A stretch of 64,000 bases of DNA from Eutreptiella sp. 'Long Island Sound 2002' (taxonomy: Eukaryota > Protista > Euglenida), in NCBI GenBank assembly GCA_964036045.1, contig OZ038378.1:175708001-175772000 (forward strand), given 5' to 3'. How positions within the stretch are numbered: position 1 is the first letter of the stretch; every line of letters starts with the position of its first letter. The notes beneath the pieces are model-generated. The model did no database searches, was not told where the DNA came from, and saw nothing but the letters and a program-made list of their open reading frames with translations. Shown here piece by piece: positions 36,101-48,085 of the stretch. The position numbers and the translations under genes were made by a program.

Positions 36101-38498
36101 ACAAAGAACTCGCCGCTACCCCAGTCGTACAACAGGCACCCGTCAGGAATGCTGTGCCAAGACACTGGGATGCGGAGTTGTGTGCATGAGGGTGTGGGTT
36201 GCGACACCACGGCAAGGAAAGGAAGGTGAGGCGATTGCCCTTTGGTGTTGGGTGCTTTTGTACCATTTTGATCACACCGTCTGCCTGCCCAACCCTGCCC
36301 CACCCAAAGACCCTGAGGTTCTTCAGTTGTAGAATCCATGGTGAAGGAGGAGGGTGGGAATTAGGACCATGGGGCCTGGGATGGGGATGGACGGGGCAGG
36401 TCACAGGTTTGTTTTGGTCAGGCATTCTGACCCTGTGCTTCACTCGTGACTCGGACAGGGGGTCACAAAAAGGCATTCGCATATTTGTAGATGCAACACT
36501 ATCTCAAAATGACCACCTGTCGTCTTGTTGTTTTATGAATGAGACATCTCGGGCTCTCTCCCGGGACTTCAAAGTCTTTCCTCAGGTGCCCAGCGGGTTC
36601 AACCCCCCCACTTCCCCTGCTCCACGGGTGCAGCGGTGGGGGGGAGGTTTGCAGAGGTTCCCCGCCCCCCTGCACCACGAGCCTTTGTGGGAGAGGGGGG
36701 GGGAGGTCAGATATGCCCTGCCCTCGTGGAAAACACGTATTGCTCGCGGCACGACCCGCATCTGTGAAGAGCACAGTCTTCCGCACTCATGCAGTGGGCA
36801 TTGTAGCCCTGCCAGGCCCAGCAGGGAATGGACACGTGACCAAATGCTGCAATGCACGCGTACGCACGCACGCACGCACGCACCGAAGACAACCCGTTTG
36901 ACTCAATTCGTTTTCCCGATGAGTCTGGGAAGGGGGTTCAGTGTGTCTATCCCTTGGAGTATTGCAGCCCCATGGCTTGCCATTCAGCCTGCTTCCCAAC
37001 CAACTTGTGGTTTTCTCAGGTCGCCAATCCAGAGCTCCAAGCAAGCCCTGGGTGTTACACCCCCCGCGCTCTTTTCAGACTCCACGTACCAAATGCTGAC
37101 GTCCCCAATGCTCACGTGTTTCTCATGCCCGGCCACCCCAGCCATTGCAGCCATGTTCATGACACCCAAGCCTGTGAAGCAGGCCATGACCGTCACTTAC
37201 AGTGTTGATGCCCGGTCCCTGAAGTTCGGCCTGTTTGCGCTGGGGTTGGGCCGTGGAGAGGTATGCCTGGAGCAGTGATGTACCTTCAATGTCCTGCACC
37301 CCTTTGTTGTCCCGCAACTGCTAAAGGACTCAGCAGGGACCTGCCTGACTGTGAAGTAGAACAGACAGTTGGCCAGGAACGGTCTGACAAGCCGACGTGG
37401 GACAGCCACGGCGGTGAGGAATGTGTTTTCAGGCGCGCGATGTTTTGAGGTTTCCGTCGCGACCAGACTTCGGCAACGCTCCGTCATCTCCCGCCTCATT
37501 GTTCGCGTTGGCGCCGCTCCCTTTTCGATGTTGTTGGTTGCTCGTGTGCCCCCTCGTGATGCCAATGGGCGTGAGTTTTGGTTTGATCGTACCAACCGAC
37601 AACCGACAACCAATCACCGAAATCACGTGGCCAACCATTGAGCGTCTCTTCTTGCGGTCCTGTCGGCCAATGGGCCAGAGGTTGCATTTTCCCCTGCAGT
37701 GCCAACGTGCAGCATCCCGTTCCCATGATCTCCTGCCCCCTAACAGGGCTCCTTTTAACAACTCGGCACCACTGGGGGATGGAGGTGGAGTGGGGGGGGT
37801 CCCACACCACCCACCCACCCACCCACCCCGCCTTTAGAAGATTGGGCCAAATTTTCTTCCGGGCCTTCGACCAATCAAAAGTTTTCTTCGGCGCCTTCGG
37901 CGCCTCTAAAAACTCAGCACCGCTGGGGGGAGGGGGGAGGGGGGAGAGGGGGAGAGGGGGACCACTGGGCTCCGCGAACGCGGAAACGACACCAGCAGGA
38001 GCACCGGCCGCAGCGGCCAACAGAAAGCAGCAACCCGACGCAACATGCGGAGGGAAGAACGGGTGACTGTCCAGGGCCCCGTAAAGAAACAACAACCAGA
38101 CGGAATGTCACATAGGGGGCTGACCCCCCCCCCCCCCCTAGACCCACCCACGCACCGCCCCGCCTTGAAAGGGGCCCTACCCCTAAGCCTTTCCCTGTCG
38201 CACCCTTGCCATCCCCCTCCCGTTCACACAGCTCAAGGCGTTCTCCCGGGCGCTGCATGAGTCTCTCAACACGATTTACTACGAGTACATCACCCGGGGC
38301 GCACCCACGAGCAAGTGCGTCGCCACTGACACCCATGGCCGACGCGGGCTGGTCATCAAGAAGCCGCCGGCACGTCCATTTTCCAGCCCCGTGTCCCTGC
38401 AGGCTTTGTCGATGGGGGGGTCGCCTCCACTGCCCCCCGTGCCCCTGTCAGCCAGAAGTCCCAGCGGATCTCCTGATCACAGGGGTCTTACTTTCTGA
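24192..38498 (+). CDS. Choline/carnitine O-acyltransferase-fold protein, probable pseudoenzyme with charged inserts (multi-exon, ~1,050-1,150 aa)
   Basis: Hand-built GT-AG exons: 24192-24239, 24306-24554, 24697-24803, 25028-25175, 25467-25691, 26857-27444, 27886-28065(?), 28976-29251, 29597-29646(?), unresolved gap, 30638-30826, 33827-34105, 35086-35420, 37020-37260, 38232-38498. Family landmarks occur in the correct order: TTNAYLRAM, QLERAAKL, LFNCTQTPG, DKWAKVR, SLDRIESSIF, DRWGDK, LEWDL, IMQLA-VQMAYYK, PALFSD, AFSRALHESL. Confidence 0.85.
24306..25691 (+). CDS. Acyltransferase-fold gene, N-terminal exons 2-5
   Basis: Phase-consistent exons give AYLRAMQTFISKEEQ|MKVSRSIDEFLKPGGEGETLSKHYL...R|INLDRQL...TQLERAAKLCSAMLNVK|VAVD...PMLFNCTQTPGVDKDSL...HISV. 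Confidence 0.85.
26857..27444 (+). CDS. Acyltransferase-fold gene, catalytic-site exon (His replaced)
   Basis: ctgcag acceptor; encodes RDRWGDKALTLVVCANGVAGLAGNALAYD. This aligns to the family pattern NRWFDK...NGxxGxxxEHSxxDG. Confidence 0.88.
28976..29251 (+). CDS. Acyltransferase-fold gene, charged coiled-coil insert exon 1
   Basis: RQKEQKKEEERRREEERRREEERREREAEAEVEAQKGKKGAKGKP..., flanked by AG and GT. The exact acceptor (28969 or 28976) is uncertain. Confidence 0.65.
30638..30826 (+). CDS. Acyltransferase-fold gene exon
   Basis: caatag|EFKPEFGTLEWDLSLEVRQAIAGA...IPAAIMQLA|gtatgt matches the family segment PxxLxW...SPDxxxQxAxQLA. Confidence 0.85.
33827..34105 (+). CDS. Acyltransferase-fold gene exon
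   Basis: ccgcag|VQMAYYKVHSAPCVVMEAVKMFRQGSIQHV...SLSWSSHLMAL, equivalent to QLAYY...YESxxxRxFxxGRTE...GxGxDRHL. Confidence 0.88.
34679..35040. repeat. Intronic inverted CACAGGGCA/GCATACAAA arrays
   Basis: 34692-34713 is the reverse complement (21/22) of 34915-34936. Several cacagggca units lie at 34841-35040. Confidence 0.75.
35086..35420 (+). CDS. Acyltransferase-fold gene, charged coiled-coil insert exon 2
   Basis: ttccag|VLTFRVATQRQVKEWW...RQQEEERLRELEAAAAANQKGKAAKGKAPDKGKK...IPPPR|gtattc. Confidence 0.75.
37020..38498 (+). CDS. Acyltransferase-fold gene, last two exons (37020-37260, 38232-38498)
   Basis: PALFSDSTYQMLTSPMLTCFS...VTYSVDARSLKFGL|LKAFSRALHESLNTIY...GLTF*. Splice phases are consistent. 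Confidence 0.82.
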
Positions 38499-39463
38499 TG
38501 TCTGAGTGGATTGATACTTCATTCAGAAGTCAAGGACCCCCCTTCCGAGGGATGCACGAGAAGGGAAGGAACCCCAGAGGGGTTTCCAGAAGCGGTTAGG
38601 CAGGTGCTTGGAGAAGGTTGCCAAGCCGCTGAGACCGGTTACTGTCGGTTAGAAATGCCACGTAAGCCTGCAGTGGCGGTCAGGAAGAGAGCAGCTGGGC
38701 CAGAGGCTGAGGGTTCTGGGGGGAGGGGGGCGACCTCCCGCCCTTCCATTACATCCCTGCCCCTTCCCGTAGTGCGCCCCAGCCCCAGTGCGCCCGCCTC
38801 GAAGCCCCTCAGGGAAAATTATTTTTGTGAGAGAAATATTTTTTGTCTGTTTTTAGTGCACGCACCTTTCCCCCGCCCCAGTTCCAGCACATGCCTGCCC
38901 GGTGGTCACGTTGTTTCTGACCCTGTACCCTTGCCCGTGCCCCCTACCCTGACAATTCAGCCGGACAAATCTCTTGGATATTGATAACCAGTGCCGATTT
39001 GGTGCCTCACAGTCCTCCGCAGCAGCAGGCCACGGCCCCCACGGTTCGTGCACAACTCTGACTTGCCCTAACCTGGCCTGGCCTGACTACATGCGCCTGA
39101 TTATCCTCCCACCCCGAATGCAGGTGTCACATCCACCCCTCGACTTGGGATCGATTGAAAGGCAAGGGACTGGCTTTGGGACGGCCTACCAATCCTGCGA
39201 GCCGCCCCCTCCGCAGCGATCATCTCAAACATCGAAGGTCAGTCTCAGTGGGTCCGTCGGTCAAAGAGGCCGAGGCCTAATGGGCGCATCGGTACCTTTC
39301 TTTTTGTAAACGCTGCAGAACAGCAGAACAGGGGCTGGGGTTTCCGTGGACCGTCGTCCGCTACCGGACACCGCAGGTGGCATACGGTGGGTTGCGATGT
39401 GATGCGCTGCATTGTGGGGCAGCATTGTGCTGTGTTGTGTGGTGTTGCGTGGTGGCCTGTCAC

Positions 39464-39621
39464 CTTCACGGCGCTGTTATGCAGCGGTGCGAGTGATTTG
39501 GGCACGTCCATGCTCATGGGGTCGTCCTTTGCGCCTGCTTTTGCGCTCACCCCGTCTGGTGGCCGCACATGGCAGAGGTACCTGCCACCTTCATTGGTGA
39601 TGTTCCAGGCCAGCGCATTCT
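39464..39621 (-). CDS. Isolated coding-like exon of a possible convergent gene
   Basis: AG...AAG|GTGACA-bounded segment encoding ENALAWNITNEGGRYLCHVRPPDGVSAKAGAKDDPMSMDVPKSLAPLHNSAVK. Other exons were not resolved. Confidence 0.3.
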
Positions 39622-42600
39622 CTTGCACGTTTGTGCGTACGGGGGGGGGGGGGCGCTAGTCAGCGTTGAGTGGGATACTTATGCGATTTCCGTTCCTGTG
39701 CACATTTTCATAGTCAATCGGCATGCACTGGAACGTTTGGCGGAGGTCCTTGCGGGCTGTTGAGCTGCCCTGCGGGGCTCCTGGAGGTTGAGGTCCTACT
39801 TCGGTCGATCACACCTTTCTAGCCTTCGGGATCGGAAAATGTTGTTTTTTTTTTAATTTGAATTTTAGTATTGTCAGGTTGTTGCGTCCGTCTGGACCAC
39901 AGAGATTGTGCCTCTACCCTTGCGTACGGGTGCCCTCCCTTCACATTACGCGCATCATGCTCTCCTCACGAGGGTTTTCTCAGAAACTCAGAGAAGCAGA
40001 TGGTACTAATGAGACGCGTAGGGCAAACCACGGAACGATGAGGATAGTCGTGCCCTGGCAGCTCATGCCTGTGCTGCATGTCTGCAGTTCAGCCGCACTT
40101 GCTGGATTGCCACCGCTACTCTTTTTTTGTATCGCACGACGACCAATGCTTCCAACTCCGCCACCACACTTCGCTATGTAATGTTTTATCTCGGCCGCCG
40201 GATCCGCTAATTAATATCTTTACATTTCTTGATTTACTGTTTGTGGTATGTCGTGTGCCCAAAGGTTGTCCGTGCCGTGAGACCGCATTGGCTCCTGAGC
40301 GTTGTGTGGAATCTCACCCAGTGTCATGGCTGGGCTCTGCAACGTTACATTACGATGGCTACATTCTATTCCCCTGAGCTTTCATTTTTGTGTCACATTT
40401 GAGCATGTCCGAAGTGCAAAGATGTATGTACCGCTATTGAGGGAAATTGATTGGTTGGGGGCATTGCGATCTGTGTAGCACTGGTATGAGATCTGTTGGA
40501 CGAGGGATGGGTGCAGGTACCTTGCCCGCCCTTTGGAATCACGACCCCCTCGAAATCCCATTACTTTGTGCGATGATTGCAGATGTCAAAGTTGCCGAAG
40601 GCAATATTTTCGAGTCTGTACTGCAAAGTACCGGGTGGTTTCGAGGCAATGATTGATTGGATGGAGGGGAGCTATCGCACATACAGTGGGAGGGAAATCT
40701 GCCCCTTTCCGCAGAAGGAAATTGTGGGAGTGGTTGTTGGTACTTTTGTGGTTTTGTTTTTCATATGTTCCCCTTGACTTTGCATGAAGTGCGCTGCGTT
40801 CTGTATGTTCCATCCCTCTGTGTTGCGAAGTTGCACTGATTGTGCTGTCGAGTATGTTTTTCTGGCGCAACGTATTACTTGCCTTTGCACTGTACAGCAC
40901 GTCCAAACTGTAATTTATTTTTACTGCTTTGTAGCCATGTTCTGAATTGTTTGTTGAATGTCCTAACATTTCTCGCATCCAATGCAAAAGTCACCCTTCA
41001 TCCACAGAATTCGTGCAAATCAACGGGGGGCGTTTTCTAGGAATCTTCCCTGACGCACACACACACACACAGGGAAAACACACACAACCACAACATGTAT
41101 TGAGGGATTGGCATCTTTGATTGTTTTCCACTGAGTGACTTTGATTCTCCTCTCCAAATGAATAAAAAAGTAACAAAAGATTTCAGCTCGTGCGCAGAGG
41201 AGGTATTCAAAGTATGTCAGCAATGTTGATCTGCTTGGAACAGTGCAACAAGCTGCGGACAAGGGCGAGCACGGCACTGGTCCTGTGTGCTTTCTCCGCA
41301 CTTTCTGCTACCTGCCATAAAGTGACCGGAATGTAGCATTTTCTTTTTTTTTTGCGATTCCTCCGGTTTCTGTGTTCTCGAGTCACTGCAAATATTCTGA
41401 AGTCCTCCCCCTCTGCCCGCCTACCTCTCTCCTCCCCTATGAACACTAAGGCATCCCATCAAGAAAACCAAAATGATCAATATGCAGTTACCCACACGTC
41501 TCTGCACAGTTGGTAATCTGCATAGTGCTGCAGATTACCAACTGCAAATCAGCAGTGGGCATGGAAAGCTAGAAACCAGGATAGTCTCAATGCAGTGACA
41601 TTTTGGTCCCATACTGCATCTGAGGAAGATGCTGCATGCTAGTCCAGATGCATGACACTGAAGCAGCAAGTCTGAGTGGCAGCCGCCCTGTTTCCATGTG
41701 GTAGATTGCATGTGCCGCAAGGGCTTGGCCGCAACACCAACTCTTGGGTTACACACAACAGGACCCACTTCAACACCATATGCTGCCTCCTCATGTACTG
41801 CACTGCTCTAGCAGGGCTTTATATGCGCTCAAAAAACGTGCATGAAGCTGCTTATGGTCCGGGAAGGATTTCAGTCTGGAATCTGGGGGATTCACCATCC
41901 GTCAGCATGGTATTTGCTGTGCAAATTCCTCTTGCGGGCCTTTTGCATGCCCTCCTGCCCTCAATGTGCGTATTACACACTGCAGTCAGTAAAAAGGCGC
42001 ATTTGTCTTATTCTGTTTCGGTGCATGCAATTTTCCGGTTATAACAGGGCGAACTATTCTCCTGCCCATCCACTACACTGTTTGGTTCCTCTGCACCGCT
42101 GCACCTGTTGCTGTAACCTCCTCTCGTTAACCCAAAAAGTATCCTGTTCTGCGTTGAGTGATGCGAGTTCCAAATATTATTCCGCCCCACTCACACAATC
42201 TATCAAGACCATGGGACGTGACAATTCCCTTTTTGACCCCGTTTGCGTTTGGTTGCTCTGTTTGCCTCAGGTTGGAGCAGTTGTGGAGGTGAGACTGCAT
42301 GCGATGTATTGAGACATCATTCCAAGGATTTTTTTCCGGGGGTTGTGTGAGGCTTCTGTACAACCATAGCTCATGAAACACAGCAAAGTCCAAGCACTTG
42401 AAATCCTGAAACTGCACAGGTATGTGCACAACGAAGCTGTGGCACAAAAGTACCCAATGTGGTCACAATGCCTCCAGGAGCATACTCCAACAACGCACGC
42501 AACAGCTCACTGGGATGACTGGACTTTCAGCCCTAGATGTCTAGTCTTATGCAAAGAGCCTCCAGTATGAGGATTGGATCACCTGCCATAATGCCGAGTG

Positions 42601-43182
42601 CCAAATGCCAGTACATGCACAGCATTGCCATCGCCCCTCCACCTTATTGATCACTGGTTGCATGTATGTGGTAATGCAATGCACCCACACACAACCCATA
42701 CATGCCAAAGTGTTTTGTGCTAGGGGAGTGGGCAAGAGGGGAGGCAACACCACAAGAGAGTTTCAGATTGCTTTTGGCAAGGAAACAAAACAGAGGAAGG
42801 TAAGAGCGGCAAACCATCACAATTCATTCGACCCAATAGATGTCACAAGTGAAGTTGGTTACCAACAAGTACAATCACCTCAGGGGACCATCACACACCC
42901 AGTGTGTGTATGGGGGGTGGACAAGTGGGGTGGCTTTGGTAATGGCTTTGAGTCTTACCTTGATTCAGGTCATGGCCCAATCAGAGTCTCCTCCCTGTTT
43001 CCTGTTTCGTGTGTCCTGCAACCACACTAGGTCCCCTGCATTTTCAATGGTGGGTGAAGGAGGGGCACCACAGCCCCTCTGGTTGGAGCATAGACCAATG
43101 GGCTCAATTGTTTGGTGAAAAAAAACTCAAAGAGTTGTGCTCGCGGCTCAAATGATGGAATTGCATTATTTATGTTTATTGG

Positions 43183-43937
43183 GGGGGCGCCCTTAGCGCA
43201 GTGCGGGCGCAGTGCAACTATTTGGGCATCTAGCCGTACTGGAGACCCATACTTTGTGATACTAGGGGCATCATTGTTGCCCCTAGCATAGGTTTTGATG
43301 CTTCTTCCACATGGGGGGTATGGCATTTTTGGATTTTCACCAACTTTCACCCATTTCTACCCCTTTTCACAATTTTTTTGCTCATCTTCACCATGGACTC
43401 CCACACTTTGGTATGGGCCCTTGAGTTGGGGTGATGGACTCCCATGCTTTGGTGTGGCCCCTCGAGTTGACGTGACGGACTGCCCGGTTTTTGCTTGACC
43501 ACAGTCGAATGCCCTATGCGAGGCCGCATCCCTGCTGATGAGAAAGCATGGTTGTACCACAAGTTGAAAACAGAGGTTGACGTGGATTCCCTCCTGCAAG
43601 AAACTTTGCCCCCCGGTCCAGTTGAGGATGGGGTGGGCACATACGCGGCTTTGGAACTAGCTGGTAGGGTGAGTGAGCTTTCAATTGAACAAAAAAGAGG
43701 ATATGTGCGTGGCTTTCAGCATTTTGCATGATGTCTTATATAAAGGGAAGGTAGCTTGCATGTGTCTTGAGCTCGGGTAGTTTGAGTGACTGGAATTTAG
43801 GGGCATTTGGGTAGCTAGGGTGGCCTAATTTTGAGGGTGTTTGGACGGGGTTGGCATGGGGGTTCTTCACAGGGGAATCTAGTCTAAAAGTAGCGCGCAG
43901 TGCGCGCGACGTGCGCGCGCACTGCAAGGGTTCCCCC
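43183..43937. mobile_element. Non-autonomous TIR element, 3-bp TSD (PIF/Harbinger-like), copy A
   Basis: Imperfect TIRs GGGGGCGCCCTT... / ...AAGGGTTCCCCC with TGG on both flanks. The first ~180 bp and last ~115 bp are homologous to 56047-56773. Confidence 0.75.
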
Positions 43938-45903
43938 TGGGTACACCGCCACCCATCCCGTGATTCCACAAAGTGGAAGTCAAACTGCCCATTTTATGTG
44001 AGACATCCGAGGCAACAATTGGGTGCATGCACTAGCCAAATTGGGGACCCGTGCCCATATACACCGGAGATTCACTCGCGGGCATCTGCCTACAAGGCAC
44101 CGAGGCCCCCACACCGGCAAAAAAGTGGATCAGCTCAGTTTTCCTGGGTGTGCATTGGGCTACATGGCTACATCTATGCGGAATCGGGTGCTTGCTGTGG
44201 CTCCAATGGACCTGGGGCAATGTGCAACGGTTGGGACGCGGGTCCACCGTGGGAGAAGTCCTTGATCAAGTGCACGCTATGACGTAAGTGGAACTCTAGC
44301 ACCCTACGTGGGAGGCCGGTCCAATGCTAGTAGTGGCGCGACGTGTTCCTACGCGAATGGGTGAAGATATGGGGTCCATGTGAATTCTATGCCACAGCTT
44401 GGATGGCCTTGGCAACCGCGGAAGAAATGCTACGCATCGCTAATCACCGAGCTAAACCGTAGCCTTTTGCCCAGGGGACGAGGGGACGGTCATGTACTGT
44501 CCCAAACCATGTGTTTCAAGTGCCGAACAATGTCGAACACTTGTCAATGGTTTCGGACGGAACAAAAAAAACGTACGCATCACTAAGCTCCGCATTCCAC
44601 AAACCTCAGTGGCGAGGTACCAGGTGCAAGGACAAAAATGCTCCACTGCGTGCTCCGGTCAACGCGGGTCCTTTGTGCACTGTTTTGGCTTTGGCGGTGG
44701 CCTGGGGTGGCGGTGTCGGGTTTTTTGTGCGTTTTGCTCGACCAGCCGCCCCCCCAAGTAGGGTGCAGGGCTATGATGCCAGACCAACTCTGTGGCAGTG
44801 GCGCATGAGCGCTACGCCTTATTGCAACATTCGTTGTACCCCCCCCCCCCCACGAGTTCTTTGCCCTGGTGCCGTTTCCATGAGGGGAAGGCGAGTGATG
44901 GCTGTGCATCCGATTGAGAGCTAGTTTTGCATTTTATTTTTTGGTCACTTTATATTGCTGCAGGCCTAGGGCCTGCCCTTAGGGCTTTTGTCAAAGCGCT
45001 ATTGCCTAGAGCGCCAATTGCGTCGTGCTCTGCGCGCCTGCAAATGTGGCTGTTTCAAAGGGGGAGTGTTAGTGTGCCAGGCACGCTCAAGGCGCGCGCC
45101 GGGCATCTTGTTTTGACCATTCCCCACCCGTGCTTGTTTTTGCCCCCCCTCACTAAACAATGTGGAGAACCTTCTCGGCGTGTCTAAGAATCTGGCCCAT
45201 CCTTTGCACCCAATTTATGACGATGGCAAGGGTGGTGGTTGGAAGTGGTGGGAGTGATGTTTTGTGTTGTTGAATTCTCATATTTGGGCTTATGCAAGGT
45301 GCCTTGAATGAAAGGTTTGAGTCAACTGCGGTCTACTTGGGGGAGCGGCACGCATTGTGCGCGCACAGTGCATGCACCCTGCATCTTTTTTATTTAGATA
45401 ATTTACTTGACGCCATTGTTTGTCGTACCGCCGTGAGGAGCCGTGTTGCTGAGCTGGTGCCCTATTTCACCCTGCATGCCTTGAGGACTGCATTGTACAT
45501 GCTATCCCTTGGTCAATAGCAACACAATGTCTTTGTCTTGGGTTTGAGCCGTACCCCTATCTTCTACAACCATAGTTGTGCAAATGAGCAGGATCCCGCT
45601 ACTATTCTGGGTCCCTCGCAACACCCGGTAATTACCTACGCATTCAATATGAAGTGAATGGGAAGGTGGTGATTCATGATGTTGCTTCGCTGCACCGCGT
45701 CGAGTTCCACATTCGAAGCACATCCCCATCACCTTGAACGTCTTCCAAACCTGAACTTGATGGTCAAGGCACACCTGGGAACTTGATGAACCGCATGCTT
45801 CCATGGATGGCGAGGATGCTTCCCTGTGGATATCTATATGTTGTACATCAATCATTTTGTGTGTACAATGCAGATTCAATTTGGGGTGCAAGAAACTCAT
45901 GTA

Positions 45904-46937
45904 CCCCCCCCCCTTGTATAAGCTACGCCCTTGGAGGCGGAGGACATGGAGAGTGCGTCCACTTCGAGTGAGGGATCGGAAGGGGGGGGCTCGTCGTCAG
46001 GCTTCAGCACGGATGTCAGCACTAACCCCAAGAGGCGCAGAGGCTGAAAGTGCACCTGACCGATGGGAGGGAGAGCAGCACTATCTGTGGCGGCGCCGTA
46101 TCTGTGCACGATCTGTGGCGGCGGCTTCGCCGCCGTATTGATGACTATGCACGTTTTGAGAGCGTGGGTCTGTCATTGGGGACCTGTCGCTGGACTTTCC
46201 ACCGCTCATGGATAAGCTACGCCCTTGTCCAAGCTACAGTAGGCGTAGGGACCGTAATAATTGTGTACGTAATTTTAACTACGTACAAGTGCGGCCACAT
46301 AAGACATGGGTTTGTCGTCATGTTTGCCAATTACATGGAGCCATTGACACATTTGTGAGTCTTTGCCCACTTCAACCCACATGGCTCTGAATTTGGGAAT
46401 ATTTGTGCTTTATATTCCCCTTTCTTGCATCAGCTCACCATGCAATCTTCTCTTTTTGAACCTGGGCGTCCAGTTATTTTCACATGTTCCACCGGTGACC
46501 GTGTGGATGGTACAATAAAGGGACCAATTTGCGGTGTTGGAGTACATGAAGGGTGGGCAGATGGTCACACACCCTTGTGCCCCCCTCCCAAGAATTGAGT
46601 TCAGGCATCCTCAAGTGGTGAGCACGTGCAATTGTTCCGCATGGTGTATGATCGAAAGAAGGGTTTCCAAGCCAAACATTTGTAGGCTTCGCATCCTTCA
46701 TTGCTTGTGCCAACATGGGAGTGAACCTGAAATTTTCATGTTCCCAAGGCTTCTTGTGTTTGCATGCTTTTGGAAATTTGGGTGGAGGTCAAGGTGCACT
46801 CATACCATGCGCATGCGCACGTGTGTGCCAGTAGTTGTATGTGTTGCGCGCAAGCTACGCCCTTGTCCAAGCTACAGTGGGTGTAGGGACCGTAATAATT
46901 CCGTACATTGGCGTAGCTTATACAAGGGGGGGGGGGG
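45904..46937. mobile_element. 1034-bp non-autonomous DNA transposon with poly-C TIR and TA TSD
   Basis: TA|C10-TTGTATAAGCTACGCC ... GGCGTAGCTTATACAA-G12|TA. An internal ~50-bp direct repeat lies at ~46214 and ~46853. Confidence 0.88.
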
Positions 46938-47094
46938 TAATACCCATTTTCTGGCTGTATTCTGGGTGCCAATGTTGTTGTGTAGTACCTTTTTGTGAGG
47001 GTCCAATTGGGGGGTGAAAGCTGTGTAATTGCCCCAAACGGCGTGCACCGTGTGCGCGCCGCGCACGCGTTCCCACCTTGGGGGTCTTCCCTAT

Positions 47095-47859
47095 GAGGGA
47101 AACGAACGCGCGGTGCGCGCGGTGCTATGCGCGGTGTGCGCACGGTTTGGCGCGTGTTGTTTTATTAACCCACCATTTTTTCATTTAGTCACTGCGGGCT
47201 GTAAACACCACTCTCCCACAAGCATAAGTACAGCTTGTGGGAGGGCAGCGGGATCAAAAATTTGTGATCATCCACCTCCTTCGGCAAGGGCAGGCACACC
47301 CGGAGACCGTCGCCCCTGACGATGATGGGTGTGGAGTTGTGAGCCCAGCACCGCAGAAACCAAGGTGCTGAATCCTACTTTTCAGATTGGCTACCTTCAC
47401 TCCTTTGGTTCTTTGCATTACAGCTCACATCTCTTTTTTTGCTATTCTTGTGCAATGCCCCAACATTGTGAAACGAATGCTTCATAGGATTGGGCACCCT
47501 ATGGGGCACCTCACAGGAATGAGCACCCCGTGAGGTTCGAAACGCGAAACGTGTCGAAACGAATGCTCCGCAGGTTTGGGCACCCATGCGGGGCACCCTC
47601 CTCGGTGGTGGGCCGTGCCGAGGAGGTCTCTTTGAGCTCAACGCCCCCCCCCGGCAGGGGGTGTGGGCAGCTACAACCACCATTGCAATGGTGAGGAGGA
47701 TGGAGTGGAGGCCTCCGTTGTTGTATGTGAACCCCTGAAGCCACCGTGTTTCTGCCACACTGAAAATCAGCCAGAAGTGCATAAAACAGCAACCCAAAAA
47801 CGAGCGCGCGGTGCGCGCGCGGTGCTATGCGCGGTGCGCGCGGTGCGTTTGTTTCCCTC
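47095..47859. mobile_element. 765-bp MITE, 15-bp TIR, TAT TSD (Tourist/Harbinger-like)
   Basis: TAT|GAGGGAAACGAACGC ... GCGTTTGTTTCCCTC|TAT (14/15 inverted match). GCGCGGTGC subterminal repeats occur at both ends. Confidence 0.75.
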
Positions 47860-47876
47860 TATGTGAGGATGAACTT

Positions 47877-47932
47877 GGGGCTAGAGATAGGATACTTAAT
47901 ACAAAGGTAGCACGCCCGGCAAACATTCCCCC
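47877..47932 (+). repeat. Interspersed motif with GGATACTTAATACAAAGGTAGC core (copy 2)
   Basis: The core is identical to 10684-10705. Confidence 0.8.
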
Positions 47933-48085
47933 AAAGGCCAATATGGTTCCCCTTTCTGGTGGCCCTGATTTTTTTGGGGGGGTGCATGAATGGATGTCCG
48001 TCTTTATCGGCTTCCTGTTTCGAGGGATGAAATTACGTTTGGCCTGCCGTCTGTAGGAATATCCATTCCTTCGCATTAGGGCCCC

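Noticed and set aside
36199-37278. 359-aa ORF from the track
   Set aside because: Only the last ~80 codons are exon. The rest is intronic read-through.
38490-38503. ACTTTCTGATGTCT resembles the Euglena spliced leader as I recall it
   Set aside because: Short match at a stop codon rather than a 5' end, with no SL RNA context. Likely chance.
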